Shown here: piece after piece, positions 38,341 through 50,757 of the stretch | Layout: each line of letters opens with the position of its first letter | Numbering within the stretch: position 1 is the stretch's first letter | Origin: Azolla caroliniana | Taxonomy: Eukaryota; Plantae; Polypodiophyta | NCBI GenBank assembly: GCA_043228905.1 | Contig: JBHGNT010000016.1 | Span: forward strand, 10,106,001-10,170,000 | Length of the DNA: 64,000 bases | Direction: 5' to 3' | The notes under the pieces: model-generated | Database searches by the model: none | What the model was told of the DNA's origin: nothing | What the model saw: the letters and a program-made list of their open reading frames with translations, nothing else | Position numbers and translations under genes: made by a program

Positions 38341-41300
38341 TTATAAATTACCATTGGAAATGTCTACAAATCTCCTATAAACAGCTAAGCTCTTGCTAGT
38401 CAGTGGAACGAGTCTACATATATTATCCGCATATTGAGCTCGGTATGGAGTCCACAACCATGCACCTAGTTGGCAGCTCACTGTTTGCACCAGGTACTGT
38501 TCAGGCATTTCCTCGGGTAGAATGAGACAGCATCTCCGAATATTGAAGTAGTGTCGGAAATGTTCTGTATCCAAAATCAATGTATTGTCAGCATTATATT
38601 CAGGCCAAGTAGCCCAAAAATCAGAAAGTCTCTTGAATCTTGCAGCTTCCATCTGCTCACAATTTTCTCGTGCCCATTGACCTTTAAAACGACTTCGCCA
38701 TTTTGGGAAGAATCTTGCCAAACACTTCCACACATCTGATTTTGGTTTTTCACTCCAAATAAACAAATCAAAGTACTCCACAGCCCACTCTAGAAACTGA
38801 TTTGCGTCCCTCCTTGGCTGCATATATCTCACACTCATCAAGACTTTATCCAGCTCCAAGATCAAGGCTCTTCTTTCGACTTCTAGTGGTTTAGGTTTCC
38901 ATTCCTGAAACTGAGCCGCTGTTACACCATTTTCTGGTAGGATACGATCAATCTCAATCAGCTCAGGTTCGGCTGACACAACTGGTGTCCTTTTCCTCTT
39001 TAAACCCCTAGTCGACTGTGTTGGGCCTAGCTTCACATTCTGGTGCTCTTGTTTTGTCGACTTAGTTATCAATCCTTGGATTACCTCAGTGCATGTAGCT
39101 ACTGTTCTGCTCGATATCAGTCCACTGGTATCACATGTTGCATCTACCTGCAACACCAAGTCATCCGTGCTACATGCTGCATCTACCTGCAACACCAAGT
39201 CATCCGTGCTACATGCTTGATCAACTTGTGTGGCCAGATCACTTGTGTCAGTTGCTACATCTACTTTCAAGATGGGGCCCTTTAAACATGCCGCAACATC
39301 AACAGTATCCACACTGCCATTGGCCATACGAGCAATAGAATCAAACCCTTTAGACTCTGCAACATCAGAAAACACCAACATATTCACACTCACAAAGTAA
39401 CTAATAGTCTCACAAAACAATATCCTGAACATCAAAGAGTTTCAGTCATAGAACAACACTCTTCAAATTATCTTGGAAAAACATCATAGAGTTCCATTAC
39501 ATAATGTGGATCAAGCAACAACCAATCTGAGGTTTTACTTGTCCAACAGGATAGTAAAACTTCATAAAACCCTAGCAAAATCCCTAAGCTAACAATCATA
39601 TCCAACTAAACAGTATTTCGCTCCACTACGTCTGGGCCCCTTGACCGAGTAACTGGTCTTGTTCCCGATCGTGGCCCCTTCTTCAGCTTTTTTCTGGTTG
39701 GTTCCCCATTTAGCCTTGCTTCTAGGACCCAATGCGCAAGTGTGTCCTCCTCCGACAACCTTCCCATCGCCTCAGCAGCTAATTGCACATCAGCCGTTTC
39801 TTGAACTAGCTTTTCAAGTATAGAGGGATCTGTTTGGACATTTTCAGTAGTTGGGCTCGGTGGGGTGGAATCAAGGTCTTGAGACTCGAAGAAATGTTGC
39901 ATCAAGTGTTCATAAACACTGTTGTTGTGAACCTCAGTTTTACATGTTGTTTCCACTATTTCATGGCATTTCACATCGTTGCCTAATTCAGTACACTGTT
40001 CCAAAAGAATAGGGTGCAGCTGATCTGAAGGAGATGTGATAGCAGGACTCTTACTTTCAGCCACATTGGCAGTAGTATCCTCATCTGTTGCAGCATCATC
40101 AGCACCAGACACATCATGTGCCGTCCTTAATCCACAAGATTCTACAATAACATATGGTAGTAGCTAGGATAGCTAATTAGCTACTTTACTAACTATGGTG
40201 GTAGCTAGGATAGCTAATTAGCTACAATGAAAGCTAATTAGCTACTTTCTCAACTATGTAGTAGCTAGGATAGCTTATTAGCTACTAGGACAGCTAATTA
40301 GCTGCCAGTAGCTAATTAGCTACTAGGATAGCTAATTAGCTGCTAGTAGCTAATTAGCTGCCAGTAGCTAATTAGGTACTAGGATAGCTTATTAGCTACT
40401 TTACACAACTATGTCAGTAGTTAATTAGCTACTATGATAGCTAATTAGCTAGTAGGATAGCTAATTAGCTAGTAGAATAGCTAATTAGTTGCCAGTAGCT
40501 AATTAGCTAGTAGGATAGCTAATTAGCTATTTTACACAACTATGCTACTAGCTAATTAGCTAGTACCATAGCTAACTAGCTACTAGGATAGCTTATTAGC
40601 TACTTTACACAACTATGTCAGTAGCTAATTAGCTACTATGATAGCTAATTAGCTAGTAGGATAGCTAATTAGTTGCCAGTAGCTAATTAGCTAGTAGGAT
40701 AGCTAATTAGCTTTTTTACACAACTATGGTACTAGCTAATTAGCTAGTACCATAGCTAACTAGCTACTAGGATAGCTTATTAGCTACTTTACACAACTAT
40801 GGCAGTAGCTAATTAGTTACTAGGATAGCTAATTAGTTGCCAGTGGCTAATTAGCTAGTAGGATAGCTATTTAGCTTTTTTACACAACTATGGTACTAGC
40901 TAATTAGCTAGTACCATAGCTAATTAGCTACTAGGATAGCTAATTAGCTACTAGCTCATTAGCTGCCAGTAGCTAATTAGCTAGTAGGATAGCTAATTAG
41001 AAAAGACTAAGCTTATTAGCTACAGTATGGTATACCTAATTGTTTTCTCCACTCATTTGGTAGAGTTGTACTGCAATCTCCCAAACAGAATGCAGCAATT
41101 CGACAGGCATGTTGAAAACAAAGCAGATGGTATGTGTGGTTGCATGGTTGTAGGTGAACCAACAAAGACGCAGTTTTGTCCTCCACACCTAACCCGCAAG
41201 CGATGCAACGTGCTTGAACTGTCAATAAATCATTTTCTGGTTCTACTTCATTTGGTAAGGGAGCAAGAATGTTCAGGTCCAAATCCTGTCTTGTCCTTAC

Positions 41301-42702
41301 CATTCCCTCCACAAAATGTAGCTTCTTCTTAAGGCAGCTAACTACCTGTTCTTGATGAATGTATTGTTCCTTCAACGCAACAGAGAAATTTACCGATTAA
41401 TTATTCTTGTTGTTGAAAGATACACCAACTTTGCTCAGGAATCGTTAACTTACTTGAAGCTTATCCAAATTGTAATCTGCAACAGTATTTACACCTAGAA
41501 GGTCCAGGTTCATTGAAAGAACCTGGATCTCTATTTGCAGTTCTATTTTACGCTGGGAATCCAGTGGCCCCTCTAATTCAAGCTCCTGTTGCGCAACCTA
41601 TTCCAGATAATGCTTGATTAGCACATTTTACCCGTTATTTATAACACAATCACATACCAGCAAAACAATAGTTACCTGAATCTTATTTCTAATTGTTGTA
41701 ACAGCAGAAGTAACTTTGCTCTCCATTGCAGAAGCCATTGTGGCTTTCTCTAAATCAGTCTTAAAAAATGCCAATGTCTCACAGGCTTCATGGACATTTT
41801 TTAGCATATAGCTAACCAATGTCTCACCTGTATCATCGACATTGGCTTTCCTTGGGTGTCGGTGTGGTGTATGCCCCCGGTCTTGCTGGGAGTCGGCAGT
41901 TGCATCAACAGCTGCCATGCTCCAAAATCTGTCTATTTTTTGTGCCAAGGTCCCCATCTTTCGGCATCTTTTTACCGATGCCTCACCATAGACTGCCCAA
42001 GCTACCCTATACATTTCAGGGTCTCTAGATTCCTTCGCTGTTTTGCAGTACTCATATGCAAATGCTCTAGCAAATGAAACTGACAACTCATTGTTGACTG
42101 GGATCTCCTGATGAACTTTCTGGTGCAATCTCATGCAGTCATCGTACAAGTCGGCTCGTACATGCTTCAGCTTGACCTTGCCTTTGACTCTAGGCACTGT
42201 ATATACTGTCATCCAGTCTATATCACTGATCAATTTATCACTAAGGACAGCAGGGTCAACACCCTCGAGTGACAGACCATAGGTGTTGTGGAAGTCCTCC
42301 TTTGTCTCGCAAAATTTTGCGAAGTTTAGCACTCTCGTATACGGAGGAACGAGCCATCTGAAATATCATTTCAGAAATCAGAAATAGTGCAAAATCAGAA
42401 TATGTGAGAATCAAAAACCCCAATCAACAACAACAAAAATGGTGCAAAATCTTTAACTTAGCAAATCAGAAACCCTAATCATAATTTGTAATCAAATTTC
42501 TAATTTGTAATCAAAATTTGTAACCAGAAACCCTATTCAGAAATTCTAATCAGAAATTTATAATCAAAAACCCTAATCAGAAATTTCAATCACAAACCCT
42601 AATCAGAAATTTCAATCACAAACCCTAATCACTAAAGACAGGATTAAACACAAAAAAAGTAATATAAACACACCTGTTGCTACTCCCCGATTTGCGAGAC
42701 AT
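38341..42702 (-). CDS. Transposon accessory gene: unknown N-domain, coiled coil, RING-H2, FCP1/SCP-like HAD domain (~763 aa; alternative ~574-aa form ending at 39606)
   Basis: GT-AG exons 42702-42674, 42357-41676, 41597-41454, 41369-41036, 40141-40055 and 39356-38341 join in frame (2292 nt). CIAC..CNHTYHLLC..CLGDC; ALILELDKVL...FLEWAVEYFDLFIWS...NTLILD. Confidence 0.75.
40155..41022. repeat. Intronic palindromic satellite in accessory-gene intron 40142-41035
   Basis: tagctaattagctagtagga and ttttacacaactatg units. Confidence 0.95.
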
Positions 42703-43468
42703 CCTTGTATGGGACTCCAAGGACTTCGCCCTATTCGATTTTGGGGAAATATGAATCGGCACCAAAGTTCAGACAGTAGTCAAAAAGAAAAAACAAATGT
42801 TTGGGGTTTCTGTAACTGAAACATACCTGGACGATGATCGAGCGGGTTCTGTGTTGTAGCTCTCAATCTGCAATGTCGATTTTTTGCTGTTGCGGGAGCT
42901 ACGTCTGCGTTCGTGCTCTGAGTACTCCATCTGCGTTCAAAATCAGACTTAGGCTAAACAGGAAATTGATGACATTGAAGTCGACCTTAGATGATGGTGA
43001 TATTCCCCAAGTTCCACTACGTCTGAAACAGAAGTTCAAATATTTGAGTTTTTTCATAAATTAGTTTTTCAAATATTTGATTTTCCCACAAGAAAGACTA
43101 GCTAAACAAATAGCTAATTAGCTATGGCCATTTTAGTAGCTAATTAGCTATAATAGTGTTTCCACTCGCATGCTTTTACCCTAGCCAGTTGTAGGGGGAA
43201 CGGTCAAAAAAGACAACCAGAACCACAGCCAACCGAACAGGGCAGAGGCAGAGTCATAGGACAAACTAATGATACATCATTACTAAACCAACAATGTATA
43301 TACATAAAATTGTGTAAATTTATCTATAAAGTGAACTTAGTAGTGCATTAGTACTAAAGTACCCAAATGTAATTGTATTAAATAAAACTAGTATGCAATA
43401 AAGGATGAATGTCATGCTATATTCGTATTAAAGGATTTCAATACTAGTGTTGAATGACTTAAACCCGT

Positions 43469-43560
43469 GTACGGACAGACGCCAATATGCACGGACAGAT
43501 GCCAATATGCACGGACAGACGCCAATATGTACGGACAGACGCCAATATGCACGGACAGAC
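43469..43560. repeat. 21-bp minisatellite (~4.5 copies), probably inside an LTR
   Basis: acggacagacgccaatatg(c/t) repeats. Confidence 0.85.
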
Positions 43561-43761
43561 TTAAACCCTTTTACGGACTTGTATAAAAAGTTGTTTGTAG
43601 GACATTTGTATGTACAGAGTGTTATTATTTTGAATTGAGTTTATGTTGTTCTGCTCTAACTCTGTCTCTCTCGTGTAAGGTTTGCATTAAACATGTGTCT
43701 GTATTCTGTTGCTATCCGGTTGAGCCGGTTTTGTTTTAGCTTCTGCATATTTACTTCTTCA

Positions 43762-45560
43762 TGGTATCAAAGCGTGAGGGTTGAGAACGTCTACAACCGA
43801 CAAGACCTTTTCAAAGAAAAACCCTAATATCCGGTAGAAATCAAGAAGGTTACAATGGACCCACGAATGGCTAGCTCGCTTCCGACCGAGAAGCTCGACA
43901 GATCCAACTACGCATCTTGGTCGGACAAGAAGCAATGTCTGACAGAGAGACATGTCGGTGGCTGACTACATGGCCCGAATCAAAGACATCTGCGACTCAC
44001 TTTCCTCCATCAATATAACCGTCGAGGAAGATGAGATGGTGGAGGTTTGTCTCGGGGGCCTGGTGTCAAAGTTCGAAGCATTCTGGACGACGGTCTATAC
44101 AAGGGAGAATACGCCCTCGTTTTTCGACTTACAATCGATGCTCCTAGTAGAGGAGAACCATAGAGGCGCATCAAGGAGCATGCACACCGATAGCAAGATG
44201 TTGTACACAGAGGCGGATCGGCACACAGTGGAAGCGGTTGACAAGAGCCGAACCGAAGGAACAATGCTGATGCGAACAATAGTTATGGACCCTCTAGAAA
44301 CAAGGGGAGTCAAAGCGGTGCCGGAAACCGACAACAGAAGACGGCAATGGAATGTTGGTATTGTGGTCAGAAGGGCAACAGAGAGAGCGAGTGCTGGAAA
44401 AAGCACGCCGAGTCGAACAAATCCGAATCTAGCAAGGTCGGATGGGAAAGCCGGTAAAGCTCGAACTACGCGGAAAGACCGGAAGGATCTGGTTGCGGAA
44501 ATGGATCGGGCCCCGCCTTTGTGATGAAACACAAGGCTAACTCTATGAAGAAAAACACCTCGAAACTGAACGAGGTATGGTACGTCGATTCCGGAGCGTC
44601 AAACCATATGACAAGCCACATGGAGTGGTTTGCTTATCTAGAAAAACCAGAACAACCTAGGGTGCTTGAAACCGGAGAAGACACCCCGCATACCATCGAG
44701 CATATCGGTGAGGTTCCCCTCAACCATGTCGGGCAGAAGGGAAAGCTGATGAATGTCCTGCACATCCCGACAATCACAAAGAATCTTGTGTCAGTCAAAC
44801 AGATTGTCGACCAAGGGATGCAGGTTTGGTTCACACATCTCGGGTGTTTCATCAAAGAAGAGGGCAAAGTCATCGCGCAAGAGCGTCGAGACGGGAGGAT
44901 GTTTATCCTCGAAATGAATCATGTGGGCATCACTATGTTCGCAAAAGGACAGAAGGTCGAGTCAGACATTGACTTGTGGTACAAGTGGATCAGCCACATC
45001 AATTTCCAGAAGCTTCACGAGCTGCAGTCGAAACACGTGGTTTTTAGAATGGCCAAAAACTAGTGAAGCGTGCCAGCTCGGGAAGTAGCATAGGCTTCCG
45101 TTCCCCAATGAGAAGAATCGGAGCCAGAATCGGCTTGATCTTATTCATCCGGATGTGTGAGGACCGGCACAGAACGCGAGCATCAATGGGAGTCGGTATT
45201 TCGTCTCCTTCATCGACGATTTCACCCGGCACACTTGGAGCTATCTAATCGAGAAGAAAAGTGAAGTATTCTTGTGGTTCTGGGATTTGAAGAACTTTAT
45301 CGAACGCAAGGCCGGAAGAAAGATCAAGTGTCTAAGATCGGATGGCGGAAAATAGTACTTTTCGGCTAGTTCACGAGCTATCTGCAAACGAAGGGAATCT
45401 GATGGGAATTCTCCTATAGACACACACCAAAGCAGAATGGCGTGGCCAAGCTTCTGAAAAGGAACCTATGAGGAAGAGGTCAAAGTCAGTTGAGAAGGCT
45501 GAGAAATCGGCGAATTAGGAATTGCGGCGATCTACCCACTAGAAAAACCCCATGAAGAGG
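43762..45560 (+). mobile_element. Degenerate Copia (PBS, gag, protease, integrase part)
   Basis: PBS tggtatcaaagc; SVADYMARIKDICDSL gag; WYVDSGASNHM protease. Confidence 0.85.
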
Positions 45561-45580
45561 TACAGGTACAATGAGTACAT

Positions 45581-48500
45581 TGTTGATCGAATATGTGTGG
45601 AAACGTATGTGTGAGGATCTATTGTAGTGTTCAGCAAACAACACAGAAGGTTTAAGCTTTGATGGAAGTTTTGTTATTACGTTCTCTCTCTCTCTCAAAG
45701 ATTGCTATACAAGATGATCAAGAGGTTCACATAATACATTGTTAGGTTATAGCTTATATACTAAGCCCTAACTCTTTGGACGAGTTCACACTAGGATACA
45801 AATTGGAAGGAGTCGACCTTTTATGCCAACAAACTCCCCTGTAAAAGGACTACTCATTCTTGCATGTATAAGTGTTTGGGGTATCTCCCCCATGAACCTA
45901 GATTACAAAATTAATCTAAGTTTATATTTACAAGTCAGTCGGCATGTGGTTGAGTTGGTAGAGATGTGTTCAATGTCTAGCCTAGTTCGGCTAGTCAGTC
46001 AGATTGGCTTGTCTACATCGATCAGTTTGACTTACCTTCTGCTCAGGCTCTTGTCAAAGTCCCACATTTGTCCTTAGTGTTCTGAAGCGTTGATCTGGAA
46101 GTGGCTTAGTTAGGCAATCAGTGATATTCACCTCGGTGTCGATCTTCCGGACTTCGAGTTTTTCTTGATTATGAGCTCCTAGATCTTATGATACTACACC
46201 TCAATATGCTATGTCTTCACATGATAGACAAGATTGTTGATGAGGTGTATTGCATTCTGTGATTCACAATAGATGTTTGGCATTGATTGGTCGTTTCAGC
46301 TTGTACCTAAGAAATCGGCAGTCATTTGGTGCAACCAGATCACTTCTTTTGTTGCCTCTGATGCTGCTATGTACTCGACCTCTGTGGTCGGAAGGGTCGT
46401 ACACTCTTGAAGCTTCGACCTCCATGATATAGCACTGTCACCGTAGGTGAAGATGTAGCTTTATGTTTACTTATGATTGTCGGTATTGCCGGCATAGTAG
46501 GAGTCAGTGTAGCCTTTGACTTCGGCTAAGGTTGTCAAACCGAAAGTCAGTTGTGTATCTTCGGTCCCTCTCAGGTACCTAAAGATGTGCTTGATGGCTT
46601 CCCAATGCTTTCGTCCTAGATTCGACATGTACCGGTTGACCACCCCTACGACATAGGCTAGGTCGGGTCGGGTCGCCAACATTGCATACATGATACTTCC
46701 TACGACCGATGCGTAGGGCATCTTCCAATTAAGCTCTCTCTCCTTATCCTTCTAAGGAGAGTCTCTATCCGATAGTCGGATCGATGTCGGAAGTGGTGTT
46801 GGTGTTGGCTTCGCATTCTCCATGTTGATGCGCTTCAACACCTTTTAGATATAGTCGGACTGGGAAAGTCGGAGAGTCTTGGTCGTCCGATTACGCTCGA
46901 TCCTCGTGCCTAGTATGTGATGGTATCGTGATGTTTCTAACACATAGTGTTAAACCACCCTCTAAAAGAAGCAAAATAGTAGTTTAAATAAACTAGTATT
47001 GTGAAGTCAACTTTATTGGTATCAAAAATACTTTTTCATTTTGCCAAAGATAATTCCTTATAAATAAAAGGTCAGAGGATTGAACCTTGCAATAAATAAT
47101 GATGAATATTAAGTTAGAGGCGATTTTCAAAAGTAGACAAAAGTAGAGACAAAGATGGAGAGAGAGAAAGAAGAAGCACGCGTGGATATGAGGAGCACAG
47201 TAGAGAAAAAAGATCATAATTACCTCGTCAGATGTCCAAATTAGAAAAGAAAAGATGCATAAGAAAGCTAACCCGAAGAGATTTCAAGAATATCTTGCAT
47301 ATGAAATTTGGGGCTAGAAAACAGAAATAGTGAGGAAAAGAAAAGTCGACTCATATAGACAAGCTTTTTTTAGGGGAAAAAGGCAAGCAATACTAAACCT
47401 ATAAATAAGAGCCTATTCTAGTGAAGAAGGGGGGGGGGAGAAGGAACGCGGAAGCTCTATTGAAAAGGAAAGCAGAAGAAGAAGGATCAACAACATCAAG
47501 AGGCATCAGTGAAAATGTTTTTAGAATCTAAGCCATTGAACATTAGAAGAATATAAAGTACAGGGATAATTCACATTTGGAGGCTAAGAACACGAACCAA
47601 GACCTTACGAAGAAGTCAAAAGTAAAAGTAAGAGACCAAGAGAAAAGTAAAAAGAGAAAAAACGGACCATAAAAAACAGTAAAAAAGGAATGGTCATAAC
47701 TCCTTCATTTTTCACCCAAATATTGTGTTTAAATATGGGTTAGAAAGCTTGTCAAGATAGCTATCTATAGAGTTTTGAATCACTAAATTTGAAGCTCTGA
47801 TGAGGGAGATATGACGATTAGAAGGTAGCTGGGTCTTAGCTAAAAATAGGAGATAAAATGCTTCTAAAAATAGCGTGAACGAGGAAGAAGAAGAAAATTA
47901 TAAAAGAAGAAGTAGGGGTCCTAATAGAGGAGGAGGAGTCTTGGAAGGAGGGGTCCTAATAGAGAAAGGGTCCAAATAGAGGATGAGGAGTCTTCGGAAG
48001 AAGTATCTTAGTGGAAGAAGATGGTTTTTAGGAGTGGGTTTGAGTGATGGGTAGTAAGGTCTTTGGTTTTTAAGTTCATTGTGGGCTTTATCCTCTTTGT
48101 ATTGACTTGTAGTGGAATATTATAACATTCTTATCTCTTTCTCATCTTTCCTATCTTTTATCTTAATTTCTTGACTTTTCCTCTCTAAATTGTAGTTACC
48201 TAGATGTATGTAATCTATTATAATTCACAACTCCATCGAATCGGTTTGATCAAGCCCTCATATTGTGTACGACTATCATCTGTCTTATACACCTCATCAA
48301 CATCATCAACAAAGAAACTCCTTCTATATTCTACTCTCTTCTTTTCTCCACCTCTCTTCCCCCATTCCTTTATAAACAATCCTTCATATTCACATCCAAC
48401 CCGTTGTAACTTGATTCTTATATTATAAAAGAATCTATTATTTTGTAATAAACTAATGTTTTGTTTCACCTATGTGTCTTATGTGTAAATCTTGCTTGTG

Positions 48501-50525
48501 TTATGCGTATGAGCCCTAATTCCTTCTAGTCCATAACCCTAGCGGTTCCGCCTCACGATCCGCACAAAGTGATGGATTTTTCACGACAACGGGCTTGTAT
48601 GAGTTCCTTCATCGCAAAGTTGTCATGAAGGCTCTGCTTTAGCTTTCTGGTCTCTGCTTGATTGCTTCCTGCAATCAACATGTCATCGACATATAGGATT
48701 AGATAAATCCTCAACTCATCGGGCAGTTGCCGAATGTACATGCATGGGTCGGAGTCTGATCAGCGGTATCGACGCTGCCTGATGTAGGAGTCGAACTTCT
48801 GGTACCACATCCTCGGCGCTTGTTTCAAGCCATAGAGACTTTTCTTCAAACAACATACGAGGTGACTTTCCTCCCCCATCGGTGTGAAGCCTGCCGGTTG
48901 AGACATGTAAATTTCTTCTTCCAGATCTCTGTGTAAGATCGCCGTCTTTACATCTAGCTACTCTAGCTCTAGGTCTTTTGTCACCACAAATCCTAGTAGG
49001 AGTCTGAGGATGGTCATCTTGACTACTGGTGAGAATATCTTGTCTTAGTCGATCCCATGTTCTTGTTTGAACCCTTTCACGACAGGTCAAGCTTTGTACT
49101 CGGGTTTGTCTGAGTCAGATACATATTTATATAGGAAACCCATTTGCAAGGTCGCAACTTTCTTCTAACTAGTAGTTCAACCAGCTCCCATGTTTGATTC
49201 CTGTGAGTCGAGTCCATTTTGGATTTCATGGCTTGTAGCCATGTATCGGCATCTGGTGCGGCCATAGCTTCTTCATATGTGTTGGGTTCGCCTGCATCAC
49301 TGTAATGGACATAGTTGAGGCCCGATTGATAGAATGTTGTCTGCCTTTGAGCTTGTCCAGATCTCCTGGGTGCCGAAAGGAGTGGTTCGAATCCTTTGAT
49401 TGGTTTTGTTGAACCAGTTGTGTCAGGGGTCTTGTTGCATGACCCACCCACATGTTGGGAGTTCAGTAGTGCCATGTCGTTCTTTCTTGGGTACTCGATC
49501 GACTCGGATCTGTCAAGAGTTTCAGTCGATTTGACTTTGTCTTCAAGTTCGACTCTTGGACTTGTTGCCAATTCTGAGTTGGCAGGTATATTATCGGCTT
49601 GTTTGAGTTCGATTGTTTGTCGAGTCTCTAAGTTGGCCCGATGGGTCAGTCCTTCTACGACAACTCTGTCTTTTTCGAAGGATACCTTTTAACCAACTAT
49701 TTTCTGCTGGTTCCGCTGAGAGAAGATAGAGTCTTCATTGAAAACTACATCACTGCTCTGGATCAGTTTCTGGTTCTCCGGGTCCCATAGCTTGTAGCCG
49801 AAGTCCCCATCAATTCCATAGCCGAGAAATATGCACTTCGTCGCATGGGGTGCCAAATTGCTCCTTTTTTCCTAGGGAATGAACGCATAGGCTTCGCATC
49901 CGAATATACGGAGCTTGTCATAGGTCGGTTGTTTGCCGGACCATAGTGCCTGTGGCACTTCGAGTTTGACTTTGTCTTCGAGTTCGACTCTTGGACTTGT
50001 TGCCAATTCTGAGTCGGCAGGTATATTATCGGCTTGTTCGAGTTCGATTGTTTGTCGAGTCTCTAAGTTGGCCCGATGGGTCAGTCCTTCTACGACAACT
50101 CTGTCTTTTTCGAAGGATACCTTTTAACCAACTATTTTCTGCTGGTTCCGCTGAGAGAAGATAGAGTCTTCATTGAAAACTACGTCACAGTTTCTGGTTC
50201 TCCGGGTCCCATAGCTTGTAGCCGAAGTCCCCATCAATTCCATAGCCGAGAAATATGCACTTCGTTGCATGGGGCACCAACTTGCTCCTTTTTTCCTAGG
50301 GAATGAACGCATAGGCTTTGCATCCGAATATACGGAGCCTATCATAGTGCCTGTGGCACTTTGAGCCTGATTACTTTCAACAGTGATAGATTTACTAGGT
50401 ATATTGTCGTGTGCAATGCCTTAGCTGAGAACTCCAGCTTTAGTCGGGCTTGCTGGAGCATGACCATGACCCTCTCTTGGATCGTTCTATTGATCCGTTC
50501 TACCACTCCATTCTACATGGGTGTG
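45581..50525 (-). mobile_element. Degenerate Copia (INT-RT-RH, PPT, 3' LTR ~45581-45830) with a ~435-bp internal tandem duplication (49531-50360)
   Basis: PYASVVGSIMYAM..TRPDL and LILYVDDMLI motifs; ttgactttgtcttc at 49531 and 49966. Confidence 0.85.
46924..48588. mobile_element. Long solo LTR (1665 bp) inserted in Copia RT
   Basis: TATCGTGA...TCACGACA ends; flanks atgg/acgg; host RT (MKELIQAR|HILG) resumes across it. Confidence 0.75.
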
Positions 50526-50705
50526 TAAGAGTTGAGAATCAAACTCAACTTCCCATAGAGACAGTGTTCACACTAGCTAGTGGACATCATACTAGGCTAG
50601 ATTTGTTATTAGTAAAAACGGTACTTCCTCTGGATCAGTTGGTCTTTAAACCAACCTCTTGTAACCTAGTTATAGTTGGACGTAAACTATAGTTCATTGT
50701 TTTAG

Positions 50706-50753
<48 letters not shown>

Positions 50754-50757
<4 letters not shown>

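Larger units (their letters stand above)
32528..43181 (+). mobile_element. Sola2-like DNA transposon, copy 2 (10,654 bp, apparently intact, two genes)
   Basis: 25-bp TIRs GGGTGAAAGCATGCGAGTGGAAACA (32528-32552) and its reverse complement with 1 mismatch (43157-43181); TSD TAGC (32524-32527, 43182-43185). Confidence 0.93.

Noticed and set aside
11240-43181. Single giant composite transposon or segmental inverted duplication
   Set aside because: Each copy has its own TSD, the outer flanks differ, and the copies are clearly diverged, indicating independent insertions.
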